Assembly (NCBI RefSeq): GCF_000181795.1 | Contig: NW_003526947.1 | Span: 383,818-405,193 of the forward strand | Reading direction: 5' to 3' | DNA from: Trichinella spiralis | Lineage: Eukaryota | Length of the DNA: 21,376 bases | Made by a program: the position numbers and the translations under genes | Shown: piece after piece, positions 1 to 11,563 of the stretch | Numbering within the stretch: position 1 is the stretch's first letter | Layout of the letters: the number at the start of each line of letters is the position of its first letter | Notes under the pieces: model-generated | Database searches by the model: none | The model's input: the letters and a program-made list of their open reading frames with translations, nothing else | Told to the model about the DNA's origin: nothing

Positions 1-931
1 GTCCGAACCCGGTCTCCACGTTCGACCACATAGTTAGTATCTCAGGCGGCCTAACCCATTCCGGACCGTCAATCCTGCCGCGCTCGCCATTTGTAGCGCT
101 CGTCGGCGCTATATGGTTACAGAACATCACGAAGAGTTTAATGCTTATTATACACAGAACAACGGAGCGAATACAGCAATGACAAAACAATAAAGCGGAA
201 TAGCAGGCACACACACACACGCACACACCAAAAATCACCGACCTTTTCTTCGCGTCTCCGACTGTACCTCGCTTTACAAAAATCTAAGTGAGATGTGCAG
301 GTACAATTCTGTTCTTCCGCCGTCACAGTTACTTTGAAAAGTACATAAAATGTAATTGAAATTGTTTGTAAATTCTTTCAGCATCAATGTTCCAGTAACA
401 TATTAAAAATTTCAGCTTAATTCTTTTCTAATAGATAATTTATGCCAAAGATTAAATCAATTTGTCGTAGCTAGCTCTGCGAAAAATCTTATTTGATCAG
501 CCGCCTGTCAATGAGAAAAATAATTTTTGATTGAAATCTTAAATTAGTTTCTGTAACAAGCATAAAACAAATAAATGTGCAGAAGCCAGTCGCGTTAGTT
601 TTTATTTTAAAATTTACTCATGTTGCAAGCAGTTAATAATTTATTAACAGTATAAACATGACAAAATTAAGTTAAGCGCTTCAGGCTGAAGAATTAAATT
701 AATAAATCACAACGATAACAAACACTCGATATGTAAGATTAAAATTATGCCTTTTTGCATAACAAAACTGACTCATAGTTAACTTTCAAATCAATAGTAA
801 AATATTTACATTAGTAAACTTGAATATTTTAAAATCATACTGTACAGGCTGTTTAACAGTTTGCCACATATATATACATTTATTTGTTTATTTGTGAACA
901 TTAATTTTTGTTATCTTTTATATACTCTCAG

Positions 932-3900
932 ATGAATGTAGCTCTGTTAGCAGTGCAACTATTATTCGTTTTTATAATAGTTGTACTGATTCTCCATCAG
1001 TATGGTGATTGGCAACGCCAGCATTTTCTTGTCTCATTTTCTACAGTCGTCGCCTGGTTTCTTGCTTTTGTCATTGTCTTCATGTTACCATTAGACGTTG
1101 TATTGGTAAAAGCTTTTTTCCTTTAAAATATATTTTTGTTTTGTGCAACATTTGATGTAATACATTTTATGAAATTTCTAATATGGATAGCCCAGTGTGT
1201 AAGGTACTACATTGTTTAGAAATTTTGTAATAATGATATTATTCTTTATTAACATTAATGATATTTATTTATTATTTTAAAAATTAGTTTAAGCAGAGAT
1301 ACCGACCTGTGACTTGGTTGGTTATAAAAATTGAAAAAAGCGTGATCACTTTTGTACTTTTGCTGTAAGTAGCTAATATAATTTTGTTGCGATTGAATTT
1401 TTGTAAAATGATAATATTGAGCGATATTTTTATTAAATTTCCATAATCTACCGCAAAGCAAACGCTTATGACAAGATTATGTTTGGCATCGAAATTGAAT
1501 TTCAATTTGTTATTTTTTCAGACTTTCCATCGTCTTTGCGATAACAGAGAAATTATTGTGAACAACGACACCAATCGTTCATTTGTACCTGCAGATGACA
1601 ACTGTCAGTCGTCTGATATTGATTTACCAGATAATGTTTTGCCAATATTATGGCGTTTTGTATACTGGACGTCTCAGTTATTAACATGGTAGCAGTTTGT
1701 TATTATTGTAAAAAAGTGTTTGCCTTTTACAAACTGTTATAATGTTTATAATGATTCCTGTTATGTTTTGTTTTAATTATTGTTTAAGGAGGAATTAATC
1801 ATTTCATGTTTTATATTTTAGGATAATATTACCAATCATGCAGTCATATTCAAATGCTGGAGAATTTACCGCATTAGGGAAGCTTAAGCGTGCATTAATT
1901 AACAATGCTCTTTATTATGGCACATATTTGATCATTTTTGCGTTTTTGCTTCTATATGCAGTTTCCAAAGGGCACTATTTAAATGCGTAAGTTTTTTTTT
2001 ATTTTATTTTTTGAACAAATAATTTTCAATAGGATTAGATTTAACTTGAAATGAAGTATGAAAGCATGATTTGCTTATTAGAACAGTTGTTTGAATTTAC
2101 TTTGTTTTAGTGGAAACTTGAAGACAATTTGTATTGCCGCAAGCAATACTTGGGGATTGTTTTGGTTGGTACTTTTGCTTGGCTATGGTCTTGTTGAAGT
2201 ACCTCGAAATACATGGCTGAACAGTAAGCCAGGATACACGTTGATGAAATTGTACTTCAAGTTGGGCAAGCTGATGGTGGAAAGGAATGATGCAGAAGAA
2301 ACGGTGAAAGAGCTTTGTCAGCAGGCTTACTTGTTGTCATTGCAAAATGAAAATTGTTCTGTTCGATACCCGATGCTAAAAGTTATTCTTGAAAAGGTAT
2401 TCAAAAAAGCAATTTATTCAAACATCAGTTGTTGTGGAATATTTTACGAAATATTTTCATGAAATTATTATTGGTAAGATAATTGGTGTATATTTGAATT
2501 TTCATTTTTTTCCAGTTTCCTACCAGTATGGTGAGAGCAGTAGAAAAGAAAGCTCCTCAAACAATAGCACAGTCTGATAAGCAGTCTTCCGAAAAGATGT
2601 TGATTTTATTTCACAAGCAAGTTATCAAATCATTGCAAGATTATAATCGAACCAACGCACAATACGATGCAGCTATGGCCAACGCGATTTATTTAGAAGA
2701 CGTTGAAAAAAACCAACAAAGCCCGGATACTCAAGCTCTTATTGTCCAAAACCAAAATCCTTTGATTGGTGTAATTTGTCATCCGACGATTAGTACATTT
2801 TTTTGCATTTTTTCTTTTTCGTTGTTTAGTTGTTCACTTTTTAGGATGGTATTTCGATTGTCGTTTGAAACGCTACTTGCTGATTGTGTTGTCTGTATTT
2901 TGTTGCATCATGTCTGTTTTTATTGTTTGGTCTGAGATGACGTTTTCCAACGTCAATCCACCGTTATCTTTAGCCGCGCTTTTTGTCCACATGGCTGCCG
3001 GTGATAAAAATTACATGTTCATTGAAGTGAGATTTTTATGGGAAAATATTATCTCAATAGTTGATAATTATTTTTCTATTTTTAGATGTTTTCTATCACA
3101 ACCATAAGTTATATGTGCATATGCGCTTATTACACCGTTTTTCGTCTGAAAGTTTATCGATACTATCATTTGGATTCTCATCACCACACGGATGAAAATA
3201 GCTTACTATTCAGCGCAATGTAATTTATTCCATCATCATCATCATATATTCAAATGTTAATTATAACTTTGCTTCAGCTTGCTTTGCCGACTCACTCCAC
3301 CGTTATGTTTGAATTTTTTGGGTATCATTCACATGGATATGCATGTTACGAAAGATTTGAATTTACAAACCGAAACAGCATATACTAAGGTTTGTTTTTT
3401 CTTTTTATCAAATGAATTGAATCTTTTATTTTGAAAAGAATATCAATGTAATTAATTTTATAATTTCTTTCCTTTCAGTTGATGGGTCACTTGGATGTGA
3501 TTGAACCAATATCAAGTTGGTTTAACATCTATTTTCCAATGGCTATTATTTTGTTGTGCATTTTTACATTTTTTCGTTTGGGTTCACGTCTTTTGCATTT
3601 TCTTGGTTTTGAACAGTTCATTGTGGACGATGACATTACGGCAGATTTAGTTGTGAATGGCAAAGCGATGGTTCTTGCCGGTAAACAAATCTAATTTTCC
3701 AACGAATTAAATTAATAATTTAAACTACCGATTCTTCTTTGGCTTTTGTTCTCTTCGTTCAATGAATTGATGTTTTGCTTGAAATTTTGAAGAGCGCAAT
3801 CAAAGGAAACGACAAGTGGATCGCCAGTCAAGAGATCAGTTTTGGAAATCCAAGCTTGGCAATCGCAGTTTATCAACGCAGCGATTTGATCGTAGTCGTG

Positions 3901-4139
3901 GTATGGTTTTTTTATTTTAATAATTTCGATGTATGCATTTCTCTTTTTCAAATTTAGCTTCAAATCGAATACACAATATTAATTCAAGTGGAATTTTTTC
4001 CAATGATCGGCAGTGCATCATAGAATTGGAGGAATTGCCTGAAAATACCATCGACGATGAGAGAAGCCGTTTTGATTTCAACATGGCAAACTATGGTACA
4101 CCACAACCTGCATCAACAAGAATTTTTGAAGATCTCTGA
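932..4139 (+). CDS. LMBRD2: LMBR1 domain-containing protein 2-like multi-pass membrane protein, 11 coding exons, 662 aa
   Basis: Exons spliced by hand with GT..AG introns and consistent phase: 932-1105, 1522-1688, 1822-1986, 2111-2396, 2516-2792, 2845-3026, 3086-3219, 3278-3389, 3479-3680, 3793-3900, 3958-4139 (1989 nt, no internal stop). Family motifs recognised: [105 protein letters not shown]-terminal IFEDL. AATAAA at 4253 and 4395. Confidence 0.95.
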
Positions 4140-5392
4140 AATAATTTTTTTTTTCAATAATCTATTGAGTTTTACTGCGTGGTCGTGGTGCGAGTACTTT
4201 TCGACGTAGTGTTTCTTGCAACCTTGTTTACGCATGTTTTTGTCATTTAAAAAATAAAATTAATTGTTCATATTCATCAGTGAGCAGTGTGTGTGTGTGT
4301 GTTGTTTTGTTGTTTTTCACAATTAAATGTTGAAGTTTATTTGTTCTTCGACTTGTTTATTTTGTGGTGCATCATGTTTTTTAAATTGAAATTCAATAAA
4401 GTTAGGAATGTCGTTTGAAATGGTTTAGTTGTTCAAAAAAATGATTTATTTTTTCTTCATGTTCGTTGATAATGCGTTCAAAGTGGTTGATTGGTCAGTA
4501 CTTTGAATTTTGATTAATACAACTTAAATACTTTAAATACAAAATAAAAGAATGCTTGAAAATATTACTGAATAATGAATACTTTGAAAGAGTGACTCAT
4601 ACGAACGACTAAGCATACATACTCATACGTTAGGTTGCAATGCAATCAATGAATTTATTGCTTAACATTTTTTATCAATCTTTTACACCTTAATTGATTG
4701 TTTAAATCGTATGCAATTTTAACCTCATTTGAATATATTATAAAACTTTATAAACATTTCACCAATATATGGGAAGGTGCATTCTGTAACAGATTACTGT
4801 AATATACATCTAATGTATAAGATTACATCTTTCGCGATTTGTAATGAAACGATAATTTTCAGCAGTTATTATTAAAGACATTTTAACTGTATTTTTCAGT
4901 AGGAAAACTAAAAATATAGTGTTTTACAACAGCAAAAAATTATTGCAGAAAAGTATGATAAATACTGTAAAATAATGCTGTTCCCGACAGAACAGCGAGG
5001 ATACTGTAATATTTGAAGCGATATATCATAATACTGTATTGCCAGAGTGTTATTAGTAGCGCTGTGCGTGTGAGCGTGAAAAATAAAGCTTCTTCTCGCC
5101 CGTTGTTTGCGTCTCGTAATTTGTTCGGCACTCCCCAAGCTTGAGTCGCCTCTAGGTTCAAAATATACAGTTCACTATCGATTATCGGAAGAGTTCACGA
5201 CCCGCGTTTGCAATGAACAAATGCAACTAAAATTATGCTATTATTTTTATATGTTTAATTTTTAATGTTTCATATGCTGTTCGTATAATTATTTGATAGT
5301 TATTAATTATACGTGAACGTTTTTTGGTATACTGTATTTTGATATCTAGCATTTGTTTACGTTGTCGAGCTTCTATTACGTTGTTTGTCACG

Positions 5393-7091
5393 ATGGGTTG
5401 TGGTCGATGTTCTTCAAAAATGGTTCTTGGTCTTGTTGGATTGAGTTTATGGGTAAATTAAGTAATTTATAATGTAAATTATATAGACAACGGCTCTGTT
5501 AAGTATGCGTAGAGTTTTGCATTATGTTATTTGGTAAAAATGTTGTTTTTTTGAAATTATACTACGTGTTTGTTATGAAACGTCATATTCAAAGAATTTT
5601 TGCTTATTACTGCATAAATTAATGCTGGTTAATGTAAAATTCTATGACGTGCTGGGATATTTATGAATTAAGTGGTTTACCGTAATTGTTTTTCTTATTG
5701 ACCGTATTTTTATGTATATTAATTTCTAATGCTTACGTTTTATAATTGAATTTCAACAGAATTGCTTTCCATTTTTTGTGTACTTTTATATTCAACATAT
5801 GTTTTTATGATTAATCGAATAATTTTTTAAGGTTGCAGCAATATCTTTGTTCTTCATCAGTGGATACGCTTTGGTTACCTATAAGCATTATGACAGTTTT
5901 ACAACTGCGCAATACGCACTTGCGCCGGCAATATTTTTATCCTTTATTGGAATTGTCTTCTTCCTCACCGGTCTGTTAGGCTGTTGCAGTGTGTGCAGTG
6001 ATAACAAATGTTTAGTATTTTCTGTGAGTATTGTTTTTTTAATTTCAAATTAGTTTTAACGAATGGATGGTCCGTTTGTTTTTCTCGATTGACGCATAGC
6101 ATTTGCATTATACAAGCGAGACGTAATGTTTTATTTTGAAATTTGTCATCAATAGATTTGTGACTTTTATTACGTTTTCGTTTTTATTGTAGTATTTTGT
6201 GTAAACCAGTTTTATGGCAAATGTTGAGAAAGTTCCTTACAACATAATATCAAAAGAAATGAAAATCTTTTTTATTGATTCCTTCCTTTTATTGATTGTT
6301 TAGTGCGTAATTGTTTCGAATAGTGCGTGTGGGGGAGGGGGGAGTGTAAATATTCAGTGTGAAGTCAAATAGGAAAGCGCAAAATTTTGTTTAATAAAAG
6401 AACGTAGTTATATTTTTTAAAAATAGTTTTTCACATCGCTGGCTTTGTTGATGATTATGCTGATCACGGCTGTGTCGTTGACTGTCACTTACCGTTCTGA
6501 TATTGATGCGATGATAGTCAACACAACTCAAGAAGCATTGAATCGTTATGGTGAAGACAAGGCAGCCGAAACTTCTCAAATCGATTTCTTGCAGAGTCAG
6601 GTATGTTATTTTTTAATGGCATTAAAAAAATAGAAAGAAAAAGAAATGAACACATGTAATTATTAAAATAAAAATTGCAAGTGTTGATTTTTTTGGCTTA
6701 AGATGCAATGTTGCGGATTTAACAATTATACTGATTGGAGAAAGACACCCTGGGGTATGAAGCCGGAAAACGAAGACAGAGTGCCGAAGTCGTGTTGCAA
6801 ATTGGAAGCAAGTGACTGTGCCGGAAATATTAAGCTGCAACTTAAGTTGATAAATGAACAAGGTTGCTATGCAATTTGGCAAGAAATGCTGAAGTCGAAC
6901 ATCAAGCGTATTGCTATTGGTGGAGTAGTTTTTCTGTTGGCATTGGTGATCTTTTTACTTTATATATATATGATTTGTTCTTTTTCTCTTTTGATAACAC
7001 TGCTATTTGAATTTAGATCCTTGGCATGGTTTGTTCTTGCGTTCTGTTGTGTTATAAAAGCAAAGCAGCGATGTATACGAGTTTGAGATGA
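5393..7091 (+). CDS. Tetraspanin, TSPAN3-like, 5 coding exons, 247 aa
   Basis: Exons 5393-5452, 5832-6023, 6427-6600, 6703-6945, 7017-7091 (744 nt, all phase 0, GT..AG). Four hydrophobic segments, GLLGCC after TM2, large loop with QCCGFNNYTDW, VPKSCC and QGC, tail YTSLR. N-terminus MGCGRCSSKMVL and TYKHYDSF...YALAPA resemble TSPAN3. AATAAA at 7259. Confidence 0.93.
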
Positions 7092-7388
7092 AGAATGAAC
7101 ATTTGGTTCCATTGAAAATGATTGATGATTAGTAGAGGATATATGCTAAATTTATTTCTATTTGGAAGAATAATTTATCTGGAAAGGAGGATTCTTGATT
7201 TTTTCGTGAATAATTGATTTTCATCATTTGGTTGATTTTGTTTTTCTATTTGATTCTTAATAAAATGGTTAAAATTATTTATACTGTGAGTTACGTGGAT
7301 ATATTTGTATACTATGAAGTTAATTGAGAAGGATTTTATTTTCCAATTGTTAATGCAGTGAAAAAATGTATTGCAGGCGTATAAAATG

Positions 7389-7409
7389 TATATATATATA
7401 TATATATAT
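7389..7409. repeat. (TA)n microsatellite; other short SSRs at 208-228 (CA), 4287-4301 (GT), 8298-8315 (ATT), 8515-8540 (AG)
   Basis: Directly visible simple repeats. Confidence 0.85.
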
Positions 7410-7451
7410 GTTTGCACGCGTTGTTTGTTGGTCAAATGAGGAGAATACATA

Positions 7452-8039
7452 TCAAACAAACGTTTCGGTGTAAATGTCGTTTTCAAATCCGACATTCTCA
7501 TAAGAGCACAAATGAAATGCTTTTTCAACATTCTGTCCGATGGAATAATTGTTGCTAACTGTAGCCACTGCTTGTTGCCGTTTTGAAAGGGAACTGTTTC
7601 TCCTGGTCTCGGTGGAAATATTGAAATGATTAATTTTCATTTTCCAGTGTTGCCAAAAATTGTATTTCGACCGTCGACTACAACTGCGCATCCTGTGCAA
7701 CTGATATACTGTTGGTCGTGCGACGGCTGGGGTCGATTTGCGCTTGTCTCGTTTTCTGAGCTGATTGTAATTGTAGTCGATACGGTTCTTTTTCGCGTAC
7801 ACTTGGGCAGCGCATATGGCGAAGACGATCATCAGAATTGTACCCCCAATCATGGCAGTCACATTCCACGTTGGCATCGGCTTGAGACTGTAGTCAACGT
7901 TGGTCCACAACACCACCGGCTCCACTTGGGCACAGTCCATCGCATCGTTCAGGCAACACTGTTGGCACCGGTGATTCGGACAACACTGGGTCTGCTTGTC
8001 GCAGTCGTAATTCGTTAAACAAGGATTCTGTTTTTCCAT
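7452..8039 (-). CDS. Orphan single-pass membrane protein with N-terminal 8-Cys domain (195 aa ORF; whole gene or last exon)
   Basis: Long ORF, more GC-rich than its flanks. C-x5-C-x5-CC-x4-C-x2-CC-x6-C motif, NVT sequon, hydrophobic VTAMIGGTILMIVFAICAAQVY followed by basic KKNR..RKRDKRK. TTTCAG acceptor at 8056-8051, 11 nt upstream of the ATG. Confidence 0.7.
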   Translation of the reverse strand: MEKQNPCLTNYDCDKQTQCCPNHRCQQCCLNDAMDCAQVEPVVLWTNVDYSLKPMPTWNVTAMIGGTILMIVFAICAAQVYAKKNRIDYNYNQLRKRDKRKSTPAVARPTVYQLHRMRSCSRRSKYNFWQHWKMKINHFNISTETRRNSSLSKRQQAVATVSNNYSIGQNVEKAFHLCSYENVGFENDIYTETFV

Positions 8040-8698
8040 TCAATTTATCCCTGAAATAGCAAAAAAGCAAATAAGAAATAAATTCCTCTCCAAAACTATT
8101 TTCATGCATACGAGCAACAACAACAACAACAAGGCTTCAACAACTATCCCATTCGTTTATCAAATTGATAAGCATTTGTACAAATTCTTCTTACATATTA
8201 ATATTTACTGGCCAATCGAACTGACTAACCTATTCCAATTTTATTAATTTAATATTTATTGAAATATGCATTACAACAACAATTCTTATTCAATTTTATT
8301 ATTATTATTATTATTGCTCTTGTTATTGTTGTCTTTGCCGTTTATCTAATGGATTATTTATTATTTGTATTAAATTTTTTGAACTTCAAAATATATATAT
8401 GAAACCATTTCGTTTTTATAATTTATAATTTAATTATCTTCAAAAAATTCAAACTCTACAAATCAATCGTAGAATAGCAAAACGTTTCCTAAATTGATCC
8501 AACAAAAGGCAGAGGGAGAGAGAGAGAGACAGAGACAGAGAATTTCCATTTCATAACTTGAATGAATGAAATCAATTATATCTCCAGCTTTTATTTCGTA
8601 ATACTTTATTTTTAATTTTAAAATAAAACTAAAAATGAATTTATCATTCTACGAAGAAGAACACTTTTTACAACGAAACAAATCTGTCTCATACATAC

Positions 8699-9117
8699 CT
8701 GTATTGTTGGGTATGTTGAGCAAAGGTGAGATTGCGCCTTGAAAGAATGACAAAAAATTAAGCATTTTTGCAGTTGCTATTAAATGCACGCAGCATTTGC
8801 GTTTTTATTTTATCGTTCAAAAATGTCAATCAATATATTTCATTGCCTACTAATTGATGTTTTTCAAAAAAAAGTTCTGATCGATAAATCTCGACTGTCC
8901 GAATCATCAAGATTCCACGCTTCCTGTCTTGCAGAGGGGGTGCAGACTGAATGCTTTTCAAAAGAGAAACAAAAAAGTAAGAATAAAAAATTTTATGCTT
9001 TCAAATTATACACCGTTTCAAACGGAGGCAATTTTCACCTGAAGTATCCATTTCCCCGGTATAATTTTTTCTCCAAGTCGATTGGATCCAGGTGACACGC
9101 TTGCATTCACCATACCA
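8699..9117 (-). CDS. Three candidate coding exons of an unknown gene (possibly the 5' part of the 7452-8039 locus)
   Basis: Exons 9117-9014, 8953-8851 and 8776-8699 join in phase through 60- and 74-nt GT..AG introns into an open frame (WYGECKRVTWIQSTW...LKRIQSAPPLQDRKRGILMIRTVEIY...QLQKCLIFCHSFKAQSHLCSTYPTIQ), ending at a strong GTATGT donor. No family recognised and no start exon secured. Confidence 0.4.
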
Positions 9118-11563
9118 CTTCAATCGATGAGGAAAATTTGTGCAAAATATAAATTTCAAAAAAATAATAATTTATTTTTCCCATTTTATTATTATTATTT
9201 ACCTCATTTATTTCACTTTTATCCACGAAGCATTATCATCAATAAAAAGTAATTTCTTACCTCACCGAATTAACACAAACTATTTCATCTGCTTCAGGCA
9301 ACTTTTCATTTTATTCCTCTCTTTTTGTCCTTTTCTTTCTTCATTAAAATCTAAATAATCGTTTTTAACAATCTTTTCCATTATTTTCAAGTCAATATCG
9401 GATCATAAATACCAACATTAATAATTGTTGTTGTTGTTCTTGTTGCTGTCATTCTTTGTTCAAGAAAAAACAAAGCATAAATGAACATTTATTTTATCAC
9501 GACTGAAATTTTATGCAACTTTAAATTCTTATTTCATCATTCAAATTCACATAATTCATTTTTCTGTTTCTTCTCGTAGCGTCAGTTGCATAAACATCCC
9601 ATTCGGATGATGAATCACAAACAAAAAAATCAGCTTTTTTTCAGTATATCTATCGTTAATCAATCACATAAACGAATAAATAAATAATTAATTACCCACT
9701 TACTTGTTCAAAAATCAAAGCATGTAATATATGCAATATTATAAAATTGTATGAATTCCAAAGAATTGAAAAGAATTTTCACAAAATAGGAGCAAAATTG
9801 AAGCAACAATCGAATAAAATAATGATGATTAAAATTAATTTTCTGCAAAGTAGAATTCATTCAAATAAAAAGTATTCTCCAAAACTACCATCTTGTATCT
9901 GATCGTCAAAACAGTGCTTTCAGTGGTGAAAGTCATTTCAAAAATCCTGAAACAAAATAGGAGTATGTAAAACAAAAATTACGGTAAACAAAAATGATCA
10001 CCTATTTATCATTTATTTATCATTAATTAATTTTTTCCATTTGGACAAGTCCTCTTCAACTTGAGATAGATAAATCATTGCAAAAATCGATGTAGCAATT
10101 CTTTTTGCTTGGATTCACGTGTACACATTCCTACTTTTTGATATCTGTATTACTAAAAATGATTTGTCTTTTAAAAGGTAAATATCGGTATTGTTCATCT
10201 AAAAAATAATGGCATATGGAAAAATCAGTTTTATGATGTAAATGACATGCAATGGAATTTATCGTAAATTGATCTACTTAGGATTATACAGCACTAAACG
10301 ACTTTGATATACATTAGCGATTTATTTAATTATTAAGAATAATGGCAAAACTTTTCAGAAATCATAACCACAATGCGCAGTGTTGCATAAAATAAAATAT
10401 TTCATAAATTATAAAAAAATCATGTTTCAAAAATGCGCACATTTATGCAGAAATTAAAACATTCACCATCTAGCAAACCAGTGCTTTAAGCAAACAAGTG
10501 CATTTCAAATTATGCATAAAGCAGCTGAAGACTAATGACCTGTGAGCCATGTACAAATTGCAATATTCACCTGTTGCATCATGCACTTCGAAACAATCTC
10601 GTGTTGTTGCTAATGTTTGCTGCAGTGAGAAATTGAAACGCATTTACATATAATTTACGCCTATGTAGCATTTTCTGTTCATCATAGCACGGTTAATATA
10701 TTTGAATTTTCTGCAATAAATATATTTGCATAGTCTCATTTCAGAACAGTGCCAAAGGAACAAGTACACGCTTATTACTGCTTTGAATCCAAAACCCATG
10801 TACAAAACGGTGAAAACAGCACAACAATCCCCTGACAACTGTATTTTAAACAAATGCGAACGTTTCATATTTGAAGTCACATCGCTAGAGTAATATAGAG
10901 AAAAGTATTCATAATTTTGGAATTTACTTTTTTCTCGTCACTTCAATAAACAACAAAAGACAATATTCAAATTTATAAAGCACCTTTCAATCCCGTCTTT
11001 TAGAATGGTTTGTTAAATTGAGATGAATTTGAATTCAAATAACAGAAAAGTTAATTAAAAATTTTATGCCGTTATTACGTTTCATAATAAAACAAATTAA
11101 ATATGAAAAATATTAAAGAATGCTAATAATTCATAAATACATATATAATGAGTGAATTGAATAATTGAAAAAGAAAGTCATTTTGTTAATGAAATTTTCA
11201 CTGTCTTATTGATGTCATTTTTAAATTTTTCTTGAAGATCAGTATATATGTGTTTTAATGTGACAACAGCGTTTAATTTGTAGAATTAAACTTTCAATTG
11301 TTCATTTTTGTTCAGCCGAATATGTCGCTCAGATAAACTGCTTTTTGCTTGCTTGAATGTCTGATTCGATGGAAGCAGTGATCAAAACTAGCGATGATGC
11401 CGTCGTTTCAGAATGCGGATATTCGCTGTCCTGCTGCGTTGGTGGACTATCGAGAAGCATTTGGATTCTCTGGAGTCATGAACGACCAACTAAATTTGAA
11501 GGAAACTGACTTAAAGAGATGAAGCGGCTTGAATTGTGGCAACTCATTCTGATTTATTTAAAG

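Noticed and set aside
1255..1505. Minus-strand ORFs inside LMBRD2 intron 1 and other antisense ORFs over the genes (3712-3963, 6391-6579, 6622-6882, 7626-8018)
   Set aside because: Shadow or chance frames in AT-rich introns or opposite real exons; no independent gene signals.
7894..8109. Alternative 71-aa frame overlapping the Cys-rich ORF
   Set aside because: No in-phase upstream exon found, and it lacks the coherent domain-TM-tail layout of the 195-aa frame.
9261..9950. Further minus-strand exon candidates (donors near 9260 and 9703, acceptors near 9351, 9843, 9947)
   Set aside because: The splice signals look plausible, but I could not join them into a stop-free frame; they may be UTR exons or affected by homopolymer errors.
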